Assembly: GCA_010015805.1 (NCBI GenBank)
Contig: ML978130.1
Span: 1,178,001-1,242,000 of the forward strand
Source: Rhizodiscina lignyota
Taxonomy: Eukaryota
Direction: 5' to 3'
Length of the DNA: 64,000 nt
Below the pieces are notes generated by a model. It did no database searches and was not told the origin of the DNA. It saw only the letters and a list, made by a program, of their open reading frames with translations. Both the position numbers and the translations under genes were made by a program. This document shows, piece by piece, positions 1-13,296 of this stretch (its first letter is position 1; each line of letters opens with the position of its first letter).

Positions 1-2658
1 CTCTTTATTTTCCTTTGCGAAAAAGGTCACGGTCTTTCCGCCTGCGCCCCATTTCACGTATTCGCCAAGAAAAGCGTTAGCGATAAGGAACCCAACGATC
101 AAAGCGAGGATGATTCCCCAATTTCTCCACAAATCTTTGGGGTTGTATGTGAAGTTCGTCTCGATGTACCTCGTTCCGCTGACTAGCGGATTGCCACTCT
201 CGCTACCAGCGAGTGTGCAGACCTGGTGATTGATGTCGTTGTAGCCAGGACCCGATGGGATGAGTGATTCAGCAGTACATCGGAGGTCGAGGTGTCGAAA
301 TTCGTTCATCATCATTGCAGAGAAACCGAGACCGAGAGCGTTGATGTAGAATATCCAACGGAGCCAAACTTGTTCGGACTGCCATTGAATGAGATAGCCG
401 GAAGTGAGGACGAAAAGCGTAATTATGAGGGCGGCAAGACTGCGACACATTAGGATATAGCTCAAACTCTTCAAATAGAAGACTATAACTCCCAGAGGTC
501 AGGAAGAGGCTTACCGAATCGCAACGTCAAAGTCTGGACACAGACAGCCCACTGTCCGGAAGAACAGCGTCATTGCGAGGTATCCAGATATGATCATCAG
601 ATAAAAGATGAAGAATGCGCCCGCATCCCGTACCAAATGGCACATGAAATATACCATAATCGAGAAAACCATAACTTGCACCGCCGCAAACGCCATGTCC
701 ACAATGATCTGTGCGATCCACAGTGCACTGGGCCGATGGAAGGTATACGCACGATGCTTGTTGACGATCGGCCTACCCACCATCGTGCTGGCCAGCTCAC
801 CGAACGCTTGGAAGGCGTTGAACAATAGCGCGATGAAAAGCACACCACCTCTCGTGAAGGCTCCGGCACTTGTGACGGGCAAGTTGAGCCACACGGTACC
901 AATGATGATAGCAATGATAATTGCAGTCGCCCAAGACACTACAAGTGAGAATTTGTCTTGCCATTTGAGCAAGTATTGGCGCTTCATAAGGGCGTAGACC
1001 TGGAGGTAGAACGGGATGCTGTACACATTCTTGTTTGAGGTATGGCGCTTCGAATCATGCACGGCGGTCTGGAAGTCCTCGTAGACATGGCGCTCGTTGT
1101 CAACTTGTTGCTTGTACGTCTGCACCTCCTCAGCGAGCTGCGTAGCATACTTGGACTCATTGAATGCGGATACAAGAGCGTCCGGAGTGCTCGGGACGTC
1201 GGAGGACGAACGACCGGCTCTGTACTCGCGCTCAAACGGATCAGTGCAGCCTGTCAGATAGTCTGGCGTCGTTTGGCGAGGCTTCTCGAGGAATCCCAGG
1301 CCCTCAAAATATGCTCGAGCTTCCTTCGTCGGACCCAAGAAAACTTGTCGGCCCTCATCGATGACCATAACCTTGTCAAAAAGCTGGTAGATGTTCTCGC
1401 TTGCTTGATACAAGCTCACAAAGGTGCTAATCTGGTAAATGTCCGTCATGATCCTGAGAGATTTCGTGTAGTCAAGTGCGGTAGACGCGTCCAGTCCACG
1501 AGTCGAATTGTCCCAAGAGCATACTGTCGCGCCTGTCACCATCATCTCGGCGATGGACACCCGCTTGCGCTCTCCGCCTGAGATACCACGGACGAAAGGG
1601 TTTCCGACAATCGTGTTACGGGTGTGCTCGATGTTGAACATTTTCAGAAGTAGCTGGATGACTCTTTCTTTGAAATCTTTCCTGGACATACCAGCAGGTC
1701 GCTTGCCCGGAACTTTCGTCTCCAATGCAAAATCGAGGGTCTGACCAACGGTGAGGGTGGGATGATGGATATCATCTTCGCCGTTGTAGACAGCTTCGCC
1801 TCGATATCTCTTCTCGAACGTCTTGCTGTCGTACGGGCCGTATTCAACGTTGCCTTTGATGTTGGTATACCCATATCGCTGGTTACTGATGACCTTCAAG
1901 AATGTTGTGCACCCGCTCCCAGGCCGACCCAGAACCAGCACCATCTCGCCAGGCTTGACGACACCTCTGAAATCTCTCAGGATCTCAACCTCGCGTCCTT
2001 TCTTGCCCAATCCGAGTATACTTTGCACTGTCTCGAAGACATTGAAGAAGCTCACAAATGCCATGGGAAACGTCTTGACGAAGTTCTTGACTCCGCCAAC
2101 TCCACTGACCGTCAGGCCATCCCACAAGACACCAATGCGCTTCGCCTTGATTCCTGCAGCTTCCTCTTCCGCCTTTGTACCGCGCAACGTTGATTCGAGG
2201 TCGAAGGGCTCGAGTGAGGATTCGCTGTCATCTGCTGCCTTCTCGACATCTGCGGCTCCTCCTTTACGCGACTTCTGGCTTTGACGCGAATGGATGCGCG
2301 CCAGACGCTGCGACGACTGCGACACGCGCGACAGCTCCTTACTGAGCTCTGCAAAGTCCGCCTCTGCGCGCGCGACATTGACGCCGCTCCCAATGCCATC
2401 TTTCTCGCTCTTTCCCCCATAATGGATCGGAGTGTATGTAGCGGAATGCTGCGTCGAGGCCCTGCTCAGGCCATGCCCATACTCCTTCTCCTGCGCGCGT
2501 TCTGCATTCTCAAGGTCGAGTTCGTTGTCGGGGGCGGAATCGAAGTTTATGATGTTAGGGTCATCGAGTACGATCTCGCGTTCGTGCGCCGCGGCGCTGG
2601 CTGCTGACGGGTTTCCCTGTATCAGATCTGGCTGTTGGTGCTGTTGTTGGCTGCTCAT
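1..2658 (-). CDS. PDR-family (ABCG) multidrug ABC transporter, 5' part; runs off the left edge
   Basis: Degenerate Walker A GRPGSGCTT, signature ISGGERKRVSIAE, CSWDNSTRGLD, first TM domain; ATG at 2658; intron ~440-514, after which the frame continues (QWQSEQVWLRWIFYINALGLGFSAMMMNEF). Confidence 0.96.
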
Positions 2659-4312
2659 GCTGACAGGCTGTTGCCGGCTGGGCGCACAGCAGGGTCGTTC
2701 CTGCCTCGGAGGCTGTTCGATAACACGGACCGCAGCTGGGAAACTTTGTTCCAACGACAGCAACCACTTCAATTAAGATTCTGGAAGGGAAAATGAGAAA
2801 GAGAGAGATTAAGACTTTTTGTTTTTGAAAAGAACCCAATAGGAAACGAGCTGGGAGTCGAGATGCCGCAGGCCGGATGTCGCTGCCGTCCGCTCTAGCA
2901 TATTTACGTTTTTGCTGCCGAGCGATCCTGGAACCCGACTGCCCTTGGCGAGGCCTCAACGGACTTACAGCAATGGGCTTCCGGACGAAAGAATGAAGAA
3001 CGACTCACGCGGTGGCAGTGGAGACGGTGTCATTGACTCGCTGCCGTCAATTGGCTCCACCAGGCCCACACCGACTGCTCGACAGGGAGCATGGACTTGC
3101 ATCGCATTCGCATTTGCAAGCAGCTCAGCTTGGGAATGGCCGCTTTCGTGTCTGTTTGACGATATTGCGGGGACGCAGACAAGGCACCTGGCGCACCTCG
3201 CTGCATTTCCTGCAGCTGCTTCATCCGGACACCGTCCGCCTGCTCCCTCTCTTCTTGAAACACGGTGAAGCGGCAGGGCGCATATCTTGGATGGAATTAT
3301 TGTGATTCACTCCTCCTGATCTACGGCACGATGCGGGGCTTTTGCAATCTGGCGGTCAAACAACTGTCCGCATGCGTATTCGCATGCGTATTTGACCGAT
3401 CACTTGCACTGGTCGGCTGCTTGTTCATTTGAGTGAGGATAGGGCTGGTCACGCTGGTGCGGTCCGGATCGCGCGAAGCCGAGCTACCGTGTCATTGCTT
3501 TTATGGGTCTCCATGGGAAGCACGTTTTCGGGAGAATCTGCATCTTCACATCCGCAGATCCTTCTGTCGCGAATCTCGTCGGGCTATCAGTCAGTATTAC
3601 ATATTCAAATACCGTCTCAGCCTTTCCGTTCTCCTTGTGTCACAAGCTCCGCGAGCAATATCGGCATGCCGGCACTAATCACCACATCAAGAAGCGTCGC
3701 AGATCGGAGGGCGACCTCGTTGTCTCCACAGCGAAGAAATGCCCAGCAGGCAGCGGCCATGGCAGCAGCACGCGTGGGCACGGGATCTCGTATCCTCTCG
3801 TTTGATATTTGATAGGGACGGCATTTCGCGCCGTTCCGGATTCCATTTAGAGACCGAAAATCCGCGCCTAGGCGACCAGAAAGCGACAATCACGAAATAC
3901 CGTAGAATTCCCACTTCAGCCACAATTTGGTCGTTGTAATGCTCAGGCACTGTATGATTTGGATTGTAACACTCTTCTCACTTGATTGCCCTCTACAACA
4001 AACTTTGTTCATTGGTGAAAATCGGGCCATCCGAAAATTGTCCTTCCAACAATTATTCTCGCCCTACCCACTTTCAGAGTTCTCAGATGCGATGGATACT
4101 CTCGTTATTTTCAACACTATGACAGAACTGCTTCCCACTAACATCGTGTTCCTGTTTGTCTTTGTAGCTTGACTAGTTCTTATTTGCCTTTACCAATGCA
4201 GCAGAATATTAAAAGCAGAGATGGACGTCTGAAGGCTGGATCAATGGCTGCACCTCGTGTTTGGAGCATTTATTTTATCTAACATAATAGTCAGCTCACT
4301 TATTGGCTCACG

Positions 4313-4990
4313 ATGGCCGCGTGGTCTGGCTTTCATATCGCACTCATCATTGAACTGGCATTGCTTCCAATCGAAATGGGCCTTTGGCTTCTTATCTATA
4401 CCTTCATCGAGAAGAAACACTACGACTTCGCACTGCGACATCACCCTGGAGTTACTCCACGGCCTCCTACGCATCCATCAGATGGCAGCGAAGCAGCTAG
4501 CAGTAGCCGCTCTCCAAGCCTAGCTTCTAGTGATCAGCAATCGATCAACACCAATGACGAGCACGAATCCGCGGTTCCTTACATGCCTGCAAATGCCTCA
4601 TCCTCTTCTGGCCCCACCCGGACTCTAGAGGCTCGGGTCAATAATTTGCAGGAAGACTTACATCGAGTGGAGCAGGATTTACTGCTCATGCACAGAGTAA
4701 CTGACCGTGGCTTCGGCATTCTACTACGATACCTTCGGCAATTGGTTTTCGACGCAAGCCGATATGTACTGCTTCCAGAGCCGCCTCTTAAAGATCAAGT
4801 CTTCCATGACATGAGAGACCCTTCAGAGACGTGGGAATATTATACTGCGCCGGTCGTCACCCAAGGCCAGTCTGGGGAAAGTGAAGAGAGTGTTACTGGA
4901 CAGGAGAAATACGATGATGTCGTCGGCCATATTGGGAAAGGTAAAGGCAAGGCACGAGAAAACGACAGTATGGATCATGCCCCAGAATAG
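4313..4990 (+). CDS. hypothetical protein with hydrophobic N-terminal segment and short coiled coil; 5' structure uncertain
   Basis: 225-aa ORF; a branch/acceptor-like signal (CTAAC...TAG at ~4279-4290) suggests an upstream exon; no family recognised. Confidence 0.5.
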   Translation: MAAWSGFHIALIIELALLPIEMGLWLLIYTFIEKKHYDFALRHHPGVTPRPPTHPSDGSEAASSSRSPSLASSDQQSINTNDEHESAVPYMPANASSSSGPTRTLEARVNNLQEDLHRVEQDLLLMHRVTDRGFGILLRYLRQLVFDASRYVLLPEPPLKDQVFHDMRDPSETWEYYTAPVVTQGQSGESEESVTGQEKYDDVVGHIGKGKGKARENDSMDHAPE

Positions 4991-5578
4991 CTCCGCTGCC
5001 TCATTTCATCGTCGCATTATGTCTACCCTCTGCCAGGTTATACACTATGTGTACTTGATGATCACATTTCGTACAATGGTCCAACTATACTTCAAATCAG
5101 TCACATCATGACGAATGTGTGCATTCTTTACCCTGTTTGGGAGTTAAATAATGAATCCGAATTATTTAGCGGCACATCGGACCATGTTACTCATTGCTTC
5201 AGGCACCAACCTTGATCGTTCAGCCTACGCCTTGCAATACACTATCATTGGGAATTCGTGCCACGACGACCAATTATACAGTTCGCCCAGTTTGCCAGTC
5301 GACAACTAGCCGGCCTCATATTTCCAAACAATTCCTCTTCCTCTAACTTCTTTGTTCATTGTGGTGGCACTCGGGTTTCTTGGGACCCAAGAGTCTCTTC
5401 AAGCACGCCCGAATCGCTTGAAGAGCAATCTCAAGACTGTTTGGATAATCGAAGAGCCATTCATGCACCTATGTCATGCTTAGAATTTAAGAAGATACTT
5501 TTTCCCTTCTTTGTTCTATTCTTCATGCATTTGACGTTCCGTTCCGTAGCACAGCAACCCAGTTGAAAGCCTCACAAG

Positions 5579-6378
5579 ATGGTGCCAGAAACGATACTAG
5601 AACATGCGCTCCTTATTGTTCTCATTTGTATTATATTGGCACTTGTCACGTTATTTTCTACTATTATAATGGCATGGCGATGTTTCGAACGTGCGTAGGC
5701 TGAGCTTTTTAGTTGTTTTTTTGCCGCGTCTACGACGGCCTGCAATCCAAAATTAATCCCATCACAGGCTTTATCCAGTCATATATCGCGACGAACGAAA
5801 GTGGAAGAAAAGCAATCGTAGCACAAATCAACCGAAGATTCGATGAGATGCAAGGAGAACAGGAAGAGCGCCAGCAGCAGTTTGAGGTGGAAATTCGCGA
5901 CCGCCATATCAAGCAAACCGATACTGTGAACCAGGCGACCAAGTTATTCTTCCTCGAGACCAATGCAATGCTAAGAGAATTTGACGAGGACCTTCGCTAT
6001 GCGAGACTCCTTGGGCTTGATTTCTCGCCCAGGTGGCCAGTCCTCGGGCCTTCTCATGCGGACACTGTAAGGCCTCCTCCGTATTCTGCTCAAGCACAAG
6101 GGCCTCCTCATAATGAGCCGCCCCAAGGAACTTCCATACAGCAGTATACCGCGACGCGAGGCTCCCAACAGCACAGAGAACATCTCAGCCCTCCTGGACC
6201 TTCACCCGTTGTAGAAATTTTCGAAGCGTCTGGTACGGAGCGTCGATACAGGAGGACCCGCTCTCGACAGCAGCGTGAGGATGAGGTCAGGCAAGCTCGG
6301 GCTCGAGGCGTGGACGAAGACTTTGCACCAAGTAACAATGACCATGATATTAGCAGCAAGCTGCCAAATATTGCCTAG
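5579..6378 (+). CDS. orphan single-pass membrane protein with coiled coil and PPPY motif (2 exons)
   Basis: ATG 5579, hydrophobic LLIVLICIILALVTLFSTIIMAW; intron 5691-5767 (GTGCGT...CAG) joins in frame to the 5713..6378 ORF; RPPPYS motif. Confidence 0.6.
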
Positions 6379-6395
6379 TGGAGAAGTTAAAGTGA

Positions 6396-8212
6396 CTAAA
6401 GAGAGAGCGGAAGTATTAAAGGGGGATCTTCAGTATCCAATGACTCGAGGTATCTTCCTAGACTCAGGCTTAGAAAATATTCTTGTGAAAGGTTATCACG
6501 GAGTGTTGTCATACCAGCAACTCGCCATCTTCCATTGAAATTACTGAGAAGCTTCTTCAACGATGCAAGATTATGTTCGACCTCCGCATCTACCATCTCG
6601 GAGTCGTTCGCATGTTTAAGTAGCTGGTGCTGCACGACAGCTGCTTGGTAGAGGCAGTATGGGACAAATGGCGAGAGAGTCCCGTAATCTACCTTATCCG
6701 CATCGCTGAAGAGACGGCTACAAACTTCCAGGACTTCAATAGATAAAGGTTTCATCTGTGCAAGCGAAAGATATTTTTGGTCATCGCTTTGCTGATTTCG
6801 GGGCTTGGTAGAGCCATAGAGTGTGAAAAGCGCGCTATGCTTTATCAGTGATGCAGGAAATCGACGGAGACGCTGATCAAAGCGACCCTCAATAAAAAGA
6901 CTGCTCACCAGATACATATCCCAAGTGCTGCACAGTATTTCCCATAGTGCAGCTCCTCCTCAACCAGTACTGGTCTGAATGCCAGTAGCGTGCGCTCGAG
7001 CTGCAAGCTCTCCTTTGTCTGGAATTCTCCATCCGAAGTTGGATCGAAAACATGGCGGATGACACGACCCGCAAGATGAGAAACTTGACATTCGCGCGCA
7101 AATTGGCCTACTGTGATGTCTGATGGCGTGGCAAGAACCGGAGTAGCAGGGGATGTTGGTGGGATCACGTTCTGTGCCCATACCGCATCTTCGATAGGGA
7201 GCGCGTCGGAGCTTGCAGGGTCCTCAATACCGAATACGGTGTCTGCATTGCAGAGACTTATGAATCTAGAAATAATTTAGTTCCAGTGAGAGATAATAAC
7301 AGAATCAACAGGAATGCCAGGAAAATGAAATGCCACTCGCGTTTCATGAGCCGCACCTGTCCAAGTTAAATACCGCCCATCGTACTCTATTCCGCTCCTC
7401 GACTTCAATATCAGAGGGCTCAATCTCAAATCGTGCTACATTGCTCTTGAGACTACGTGCCAGCCTTGCACAAGCTCCGATAGAGATAGATGCGGTGGGA
7501 TAGATACCATGTCCCATCTCATAGAATGTAACAATGAGTCTCGATTGTACAACATCCAATGACGAATAATTCGTAGCTTCAAGGAGGCTGATGATACCCT
7601 TCACAGTGACATATAGTGAAGATAGCATACTGCCAATATTTGTTGGTGGAGTTTCCTGGACGAGGTGTATGCACAGACACAGCGTCATAAAGTCCGCTGG
7701 AGCCGTACTAAACAGCGTTGGCAATCGTTCGTAGAATCTCCGAGTCGAGATTATTGGCAATCTAGTGTGGGTTGATTTGAAATAAGCCGCTGATATCTCT
7801 TCCATATTGTTAAGCGTCCCGAGGGTCTTGATGGCCTCATTTCGAACAGCGATGTCCACAGTCGCACGTCGAAGCGACTCATGACGAAAAGGGTCCACAT
7901 CAGAAGAAGGACTAATGAAGGAGAGCCTGTGTTCGTTCTGTTGCGAGAGTAATGAGTTACCGCCAGCTGAGGTGCCTTGAGAGCTGCTTCCGGAGCTGGC
8001 ATCATAAGCTAGCTGTGGCGAATCTTCTCCGTAAGAGCACGCACGGCTCAGTCTGCAATATCGGTGTCAGAGCCTCAATACGATCGCAGAGACAACTGGA
8101 CCTACCGAGCGCATGTTGAGCATTTCGGCCAAACCCTATCGCATTTTCGTTTCGAGACTTTACATGGTGAACACGAGTTCATCGCCCGCTGGACGACGCC
8201 GGTGGTATCCAT
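6396..8212 (-). CDS. Zn2Cys6 (GAL4-type) transcription factor with fungal-specific middle domain
   Basis: N-terminus MDTTGVVQRAMNSCSPCKVSKRKCDRVWPKCSTCAR; middle-domain ORFs at 7344-7898, 6905-7168 and 6396-6917; several introns. Confidence 0.9.
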
Positions 8213-9110
8213 GAACTCTTTCGAACCGAACTGTGGCCACAAGTAACAGCAGTCTGTCCTGAATCTTTCATAGAGACATTTTCTTTATATATTTAGCGCA
8301 CATACCAAATTCCTCCACTTACTTAATTCGCCTTTGGTTGCGATATGTAGTGGCCGCCGCACCGAGGCGTCAGCGGCGTGAGCGGCTCGCCGCCACCTGC
8401 AAGCGAACTCTAGATTTTCCTGCGATGGGGAGCTTTCGTCATAATATGACACAATGAGTACTACTGTTTAGCTTACCTTTACTGTACTCAGTTGAGGAAG
8501 CCTTGAGACTACCCCATAATCTGTTCTGGACCTATCTTTTCAACTTCACTAGCTTGCAAACCACAACGTCAATGGGCCCGCAACCGCTCGCGAACTACGG
8601 TCGTCTATTGGCTACTCCGACGTGCCCGAACTCTTCAAGTGCCGGAAATCAGTATGACGACTCTGCTGGCAGAATTTAGTAGATATTCTGTAATAAGGAT
8701 AGTTTGAGCAGAAAGGTTTAAAATCCGCTCCTTCAATTTCCGAAATTCCGAGCCGTCGGCCTGTGCTCGCTCTGCAGTTGTCGTACATACTACACCCACG
8801 AAGCCCCTTTTCTTAGCCTTTATCGCTGTCTCTAGAGTTCTTGAATGCACTTCTTTCGCATCTTCAGCAGCTGGCCAACTCAATGGTCACTCAATTACAT
8901 CCATCATCAACCTCATCTCTAAGCATACGATTTCTAACACGAAGTAGTGTCCGAGAATGTGCACCGACTCGTTCTAACAAATATCATACTCGACGCCACA
9001 AGCTCAGCTTTTGTTAAACGACTCCAGTTGCATAGTAAACATCGTAAAATTGCGCAGTTGTAATTCCTTTCCATTCCAGAAGCACTAGCATATCCCCACC
9101 AGGTAACTAT

Positions 9111-9905
9111 TTATAATTCACTCTTACTGTGCGCGACCTCCGAAAGAACTCCAGTGGCAATGTCGTATTTCAACCCAACGAGCTGTGTCGTCTTTTTGAT
9201 AAGGGGAGAAGCTCTTAAGATCGCAAGATCTTCTCTGATGCTCTCTTCGATGCTGTGAACAGTATCAGCAATTGGATATTTCGTCAGACAGCGTTTGGAT
9301 TCTAACGTACGTCCCCTTGATTTCGCCAAATTTGGAGGCATCGATGGTTTCTTTCTCCTCCGGGGCAACTTCGATCAATGCCTTTCTGATGTCCGCGTCA
9401 TGAAAATGCGTCATGCCACAGTCTATACACGTCAGTCGTGCATTATGGAGCACAGGGGCTTCGACTCCCTTCGACGACATACCTGTATGATGCATAACAA
9501 CAATTGTGCCTGGAGCTCCAATTGTTTGAAGAACCGCTAGAGTTCTGATGGCATCAAACACCCGACCTCCAGCATTCCGAACCATTGTCGCTTCTATTGT
9601 TCTCGATCGTTAGCTGCAGCTCGATCTCCTCAGCGTATCCCGGCTCAGGATAGAAGAACACGAACTCAATGTTGAATCAATGCCCAGAATCTGGTAGGGG
9701 TTCAATCGCGGATCTGAGCATGATAGAACCACTACTCCGGTACCTGATTCTCTCATTTTGGGAACCAGTTGCATCAAACCGAGCGGAGTCTGATAGCTCT
9801 GAGCAATCTTGCTATTGAACCGTCAGATTTCTTCATATATTTTATCTTCGGGGAAAATAAATACCTATTGCGCGCCAACATTTGGATGACTGGGCCGGTA
9901 GCCAT
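9111..9905 (-). CDS. beta-class carbonic anhydrase (clade D-like)
   Basis: Spliced product contains SCSDPR, RNAGGR and HHTDCG (Cys/His/Cys zinc ligands plus Asp-Arg dyad); four short introns. Confidence 0.92.
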
Positions 9906-10625
9906 TTTCTCTCTGGATGCTGCAATCAATTTATCCGGGCGGGTTCGGTAAATGATGATAAGATCGATCACGTTGATTCTGAAAGGAACAATGGTCGGAA
10001 CTTAGCTATGATTCTATTGCGAAGTTTCAGGCGTGGATTGCTTGCCTTTATGTATGTAGAAGGTGAAGTGATACATGATTATGCCTGCATCCGCGGCACG
10101 GCTTGTACGGTCTGAGGCACCACATACTCGATCTCGGAAGGATTATATCATCTAATTCTGCTTTGTTATTCGTAAACCGTAAAAGCGATGTCATCACTGC
10201 TGTTGAAATAACTTAGCTAAGCAATGCATAAACCGAAGGCTTGGAACGAAGGCAAGTCCAAAAAGGGTGAGTACTCTCGCTGGCTGGGATCGGGCGTCCG
10301 AGCCAGGATCGGGCGCGCCGCGTGCGGGAAGGGACCGCCCAGTAGGAGCGCAGTGTCAAGTTACTTCATATTACTTCTCTACAGTCGATGGAGCCGGTCT
10401 CAACTTGCGGGAGATGACAACTGAAGAATAATCGTATCATAAGCACACAAGAGCTTGGCGAGCATCGTGTACCTGGAATGGAGCGATAGTTCGGTCATAG
10501 GACGAGAAAAATGTATATATCTAGCCATGGTCGAACGTCTCGTCGGCATCATTTTTGGAGCACCTACAATCTCAGATCCTTACTCTGCATTGCAAATTAA
10601 TTTCAAAAGCACAAAGTACTTCATT

Positions 10626-11750
10626 ATGCTCGGCTCTCAAGAATTAGTCCTAGCCATTGGCGGCACTGGCGCCCAAGGAATTCCCGTTGTCAAGGGCACG
10701 TTGACCGTCTGTCTGCTCTCCGAGATGTGCTGATTTCCTTTCAAGCTCTTTCATCCAATTCCAAGTACGCTGTACGCGTAATCACCAGGAATGCTGCTTC
10801 CACCGAGGCCCAGATGCTGTCATCAATTGCCGGCGTGGAGATTTTTGAAGGAGATTCCTACGACGAGGCCACACTCCGCAAAGCCTTCGACGGAGTGGAG
10901 TACGTCTTTGCTAATACAAATGGCTTTGCCATTGGAGAGAAGGCTGAGATCTACTGGGGTATTCGTCTCTATGAACTTGCCCGCGAATTTGGTGTCAAGC
11001 ACTTCCTCTACGCTGGCCTTGAGTATGCATCAAAATTGGGAAACTTCGATCCCAAATACCGCACTGGCCATCTCGATGGTAAAGGAAAGGTTGTTGATTA
11101 CCTGAAAGCTCAGCCTGTGACTCCAATGCCTTGGTCTGTCCTTACTTCCTGTCTTTACATCGAAGGGCTGAGCGAAATCCTTCAACCATTCCCTCACCCG
11201 AAAGAGCCAGGCACAATGATCTTTGCTGTTCCTTTGGGAGAAGGGAAATGTCCTCTTATTTACCTTGAAGACTATGGGGCTTATGCAAGATGGATATTCG
11301 GTCAGCAACTGCCTAAAGACTCACCGTGGATTGAGATTGTGAGCTAATCATTGCACCATCCCCATAGACACGCCAAATCGAAGTACAGGCATTGAACTTC
11401 ATGTTGCTACAGAAGACATTGCATGGAAAGACCTGGCTGCTGCATTCACCGAAGTGACAGGGCAGAAGGCAGTGTACCAGGATATCTCATTGGATGAGTA
11501 TTTCGCACTGGGAATCTTCCCCGAGCCAGACGCAAAGATCGGCTACTCGAGTTCTCCTGATGACTCTACTTTATTCACCTACCGCGAGAACTTTTCAGGC
11601 TTTTGGAACTGCTGGAAGGATAATTTGACAAAAAGGGATTACGACCTACTGGACGAAATCTTACCTACTAGAGTTAAATCAGTGAAGGAATGGATGACCA
11701 AGACCAAGTATGACGGGAAGCCGGCGCAGGTTTTGAAGACCTTTCGTTAG
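10626..11750 (+). CDS. NmrA-like family NAD(P)-binding protein (atypical SDR)
   Basis: IGGTGAQG Rossmann motif, VRVITRN, GHLDGKGKV; introns ~10696-10745 (GC donor) and ~11301-11368. Confidence 0.9.
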
Positions 11751-12870
11751 AACAGGTCCGCAGCTACCCCTTAGCTGTCTAGCCACATCATAGCACTCAG
11801 GGTTAACTTGATCAGGTCTCTTTAGGCCAATGTAGATATATTTGCATAAGATAAACCCATCTTCTAACCTACGGCGGCAGTGGTTTTTGCGAGAAGAGAT
11901 TGTGATTTGTCGGTCATTTGTTGTGAGTTTGTCACAGTGGTGGAAATAAATTAATGTTCTGATTCTGTTGCCGCTCGCCAAGTTTTGCTATCTTCATCAG
12001 TGCCTAAGGATCCGCCGGAGGCACCACTTCCCGACTTCCCGACTCGGAGAATAATCCTCTTTGGTATTGAAATGTGTGGGTCAAGTACTCGGGTAGCTAA
12101 AGTCCATTTTCGATGCCACGGCCAATTCTTCAAAGCTATAACTGAGGCCTGACCCACTACCAGTAGCATTGCACTTGAATATTTTGGTGGGTCTGAGTCG
12201 GATTCTAACAAGTCCCGGATCACCGTTCAAGCCTCTAACTCCGTACTTCCAATATTCTCGATATTGGTGAAGATCCGGACAAGAAGAGGCGGAATGAGCT
12301 CTGAAGCAATACAAGGAGCTCTCCCTTAGCGCTACCAATTTCATCGTCAAATTTACGCCGGAGTGGGAACCAGCAAACAAAATGAGTCGACTAAGATGGG
12401 TTGCAAAGTCAATGCAAAAAAACGATTTTCAGGCATGTTTGGACACAGAGTACGGGGTACTGCTGTACAAAAGTCGCGCAGGAGAAGTGCTGTTAAATTT
12501 GTCACGCTGAGTAGTCGGAATCACAGAGAAAAGTACAGAGACGAATACCTTCAACTTCGTGCAATAAGTGTACCAGTATCCACTCGTCAGGTAATACTGA
12601 TGCTCTTCAATTGGTGACTATACTGTTTGCAAGAGGCAAACGTTACGCAATTCACGAACTCCCAATTTGCTTTCTACTGACGAGCCCAGATATCGGGGCC
12701 CAGATTGTCGGACAATTCTACTCTAACCCAATAGCAGCCCGTACCTCGCAAATGAAATGGCTCAAACTATCCTCATCCAAGCCGTTCTGCACGCTGTATA
12801 AAATCCGTCCTAATGCAACGAAACTACGAACGTCCCCAAATTAACTCATCCAAGTACTAGTACATTCACA

Positions 12871-13296
12871 ATGAATTCGTTGAATCTTCGCCGACCAGCA
12901 AATCCAGCACTCACAAGTGAGTATGGCTCAGATCAGTATGCAGCGACACTGGAAAGATTGACCAGAACACTGGTGAATCTGCAATACTACTACGAACGAT
13001 TGACCGCAAGATTAGAAGTTGTAGAAGAACAACTTAGCGTGCATCGTACCAGCATACAAAATAGTCTTATCCCCTCCGACTTTCCTAGGCGCGCTTCAGC
13101 AACTCAGTCGTCCCAAGCAGCTCAGCAATCCCAGCAGCCCCTTCCACGAGCTCAGCCGCACAGCCCACAACAACAAGCAGGAAGAAATTATGGTTCTCTT
13201 TATACTGAACAGGGAGAGTCTGTGGGACAGCGCGCATATGGCAGTAATTTTGATTACTATCCGGATATCCGCGACCATCTGGGTGACCGTCAGTAA
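12871..13296 (+). CDS. hypothetical protein (coiled coil plus Gln-rich tail)
   Basis: 141-aa ORF, ATG in CACAATG context, TATAAA ~75 bp upstream, heptad-like segment LERLTRTLVNLQYYYERLTARLEVVEEQL. Confidence 0.55.
   Translation: MNSLNLRRPANPALTSEYGSDQYAATLERLTRTLVNLQYYYERLTARLEVVEEQLSVHRTSIQNSLIPSDFPRRASATQSSQAAQQSQQPLPRAQPHSPQQQAGRNYGSLYTEQGESVGQRAYGSNFDYYPDIRDHLGDRQ

Noticed and set aside
608..2776. Many plus-strand ORFs over the ABC transporter
   Set aside because: Antisense shadows of a GC-rich coding region; no motifs.
3369..3392. 12-bp direct repeat CGCATGCGTATT x2 upstream of the ABC transporter
   Set aside because: Only two copies; no supporting evidence of function.
11951..12380. 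Short minus-strand ORF fragments
   Set aside because: No recognisable motif or consistent splice pattern; may be a decayed gene but unsupported.
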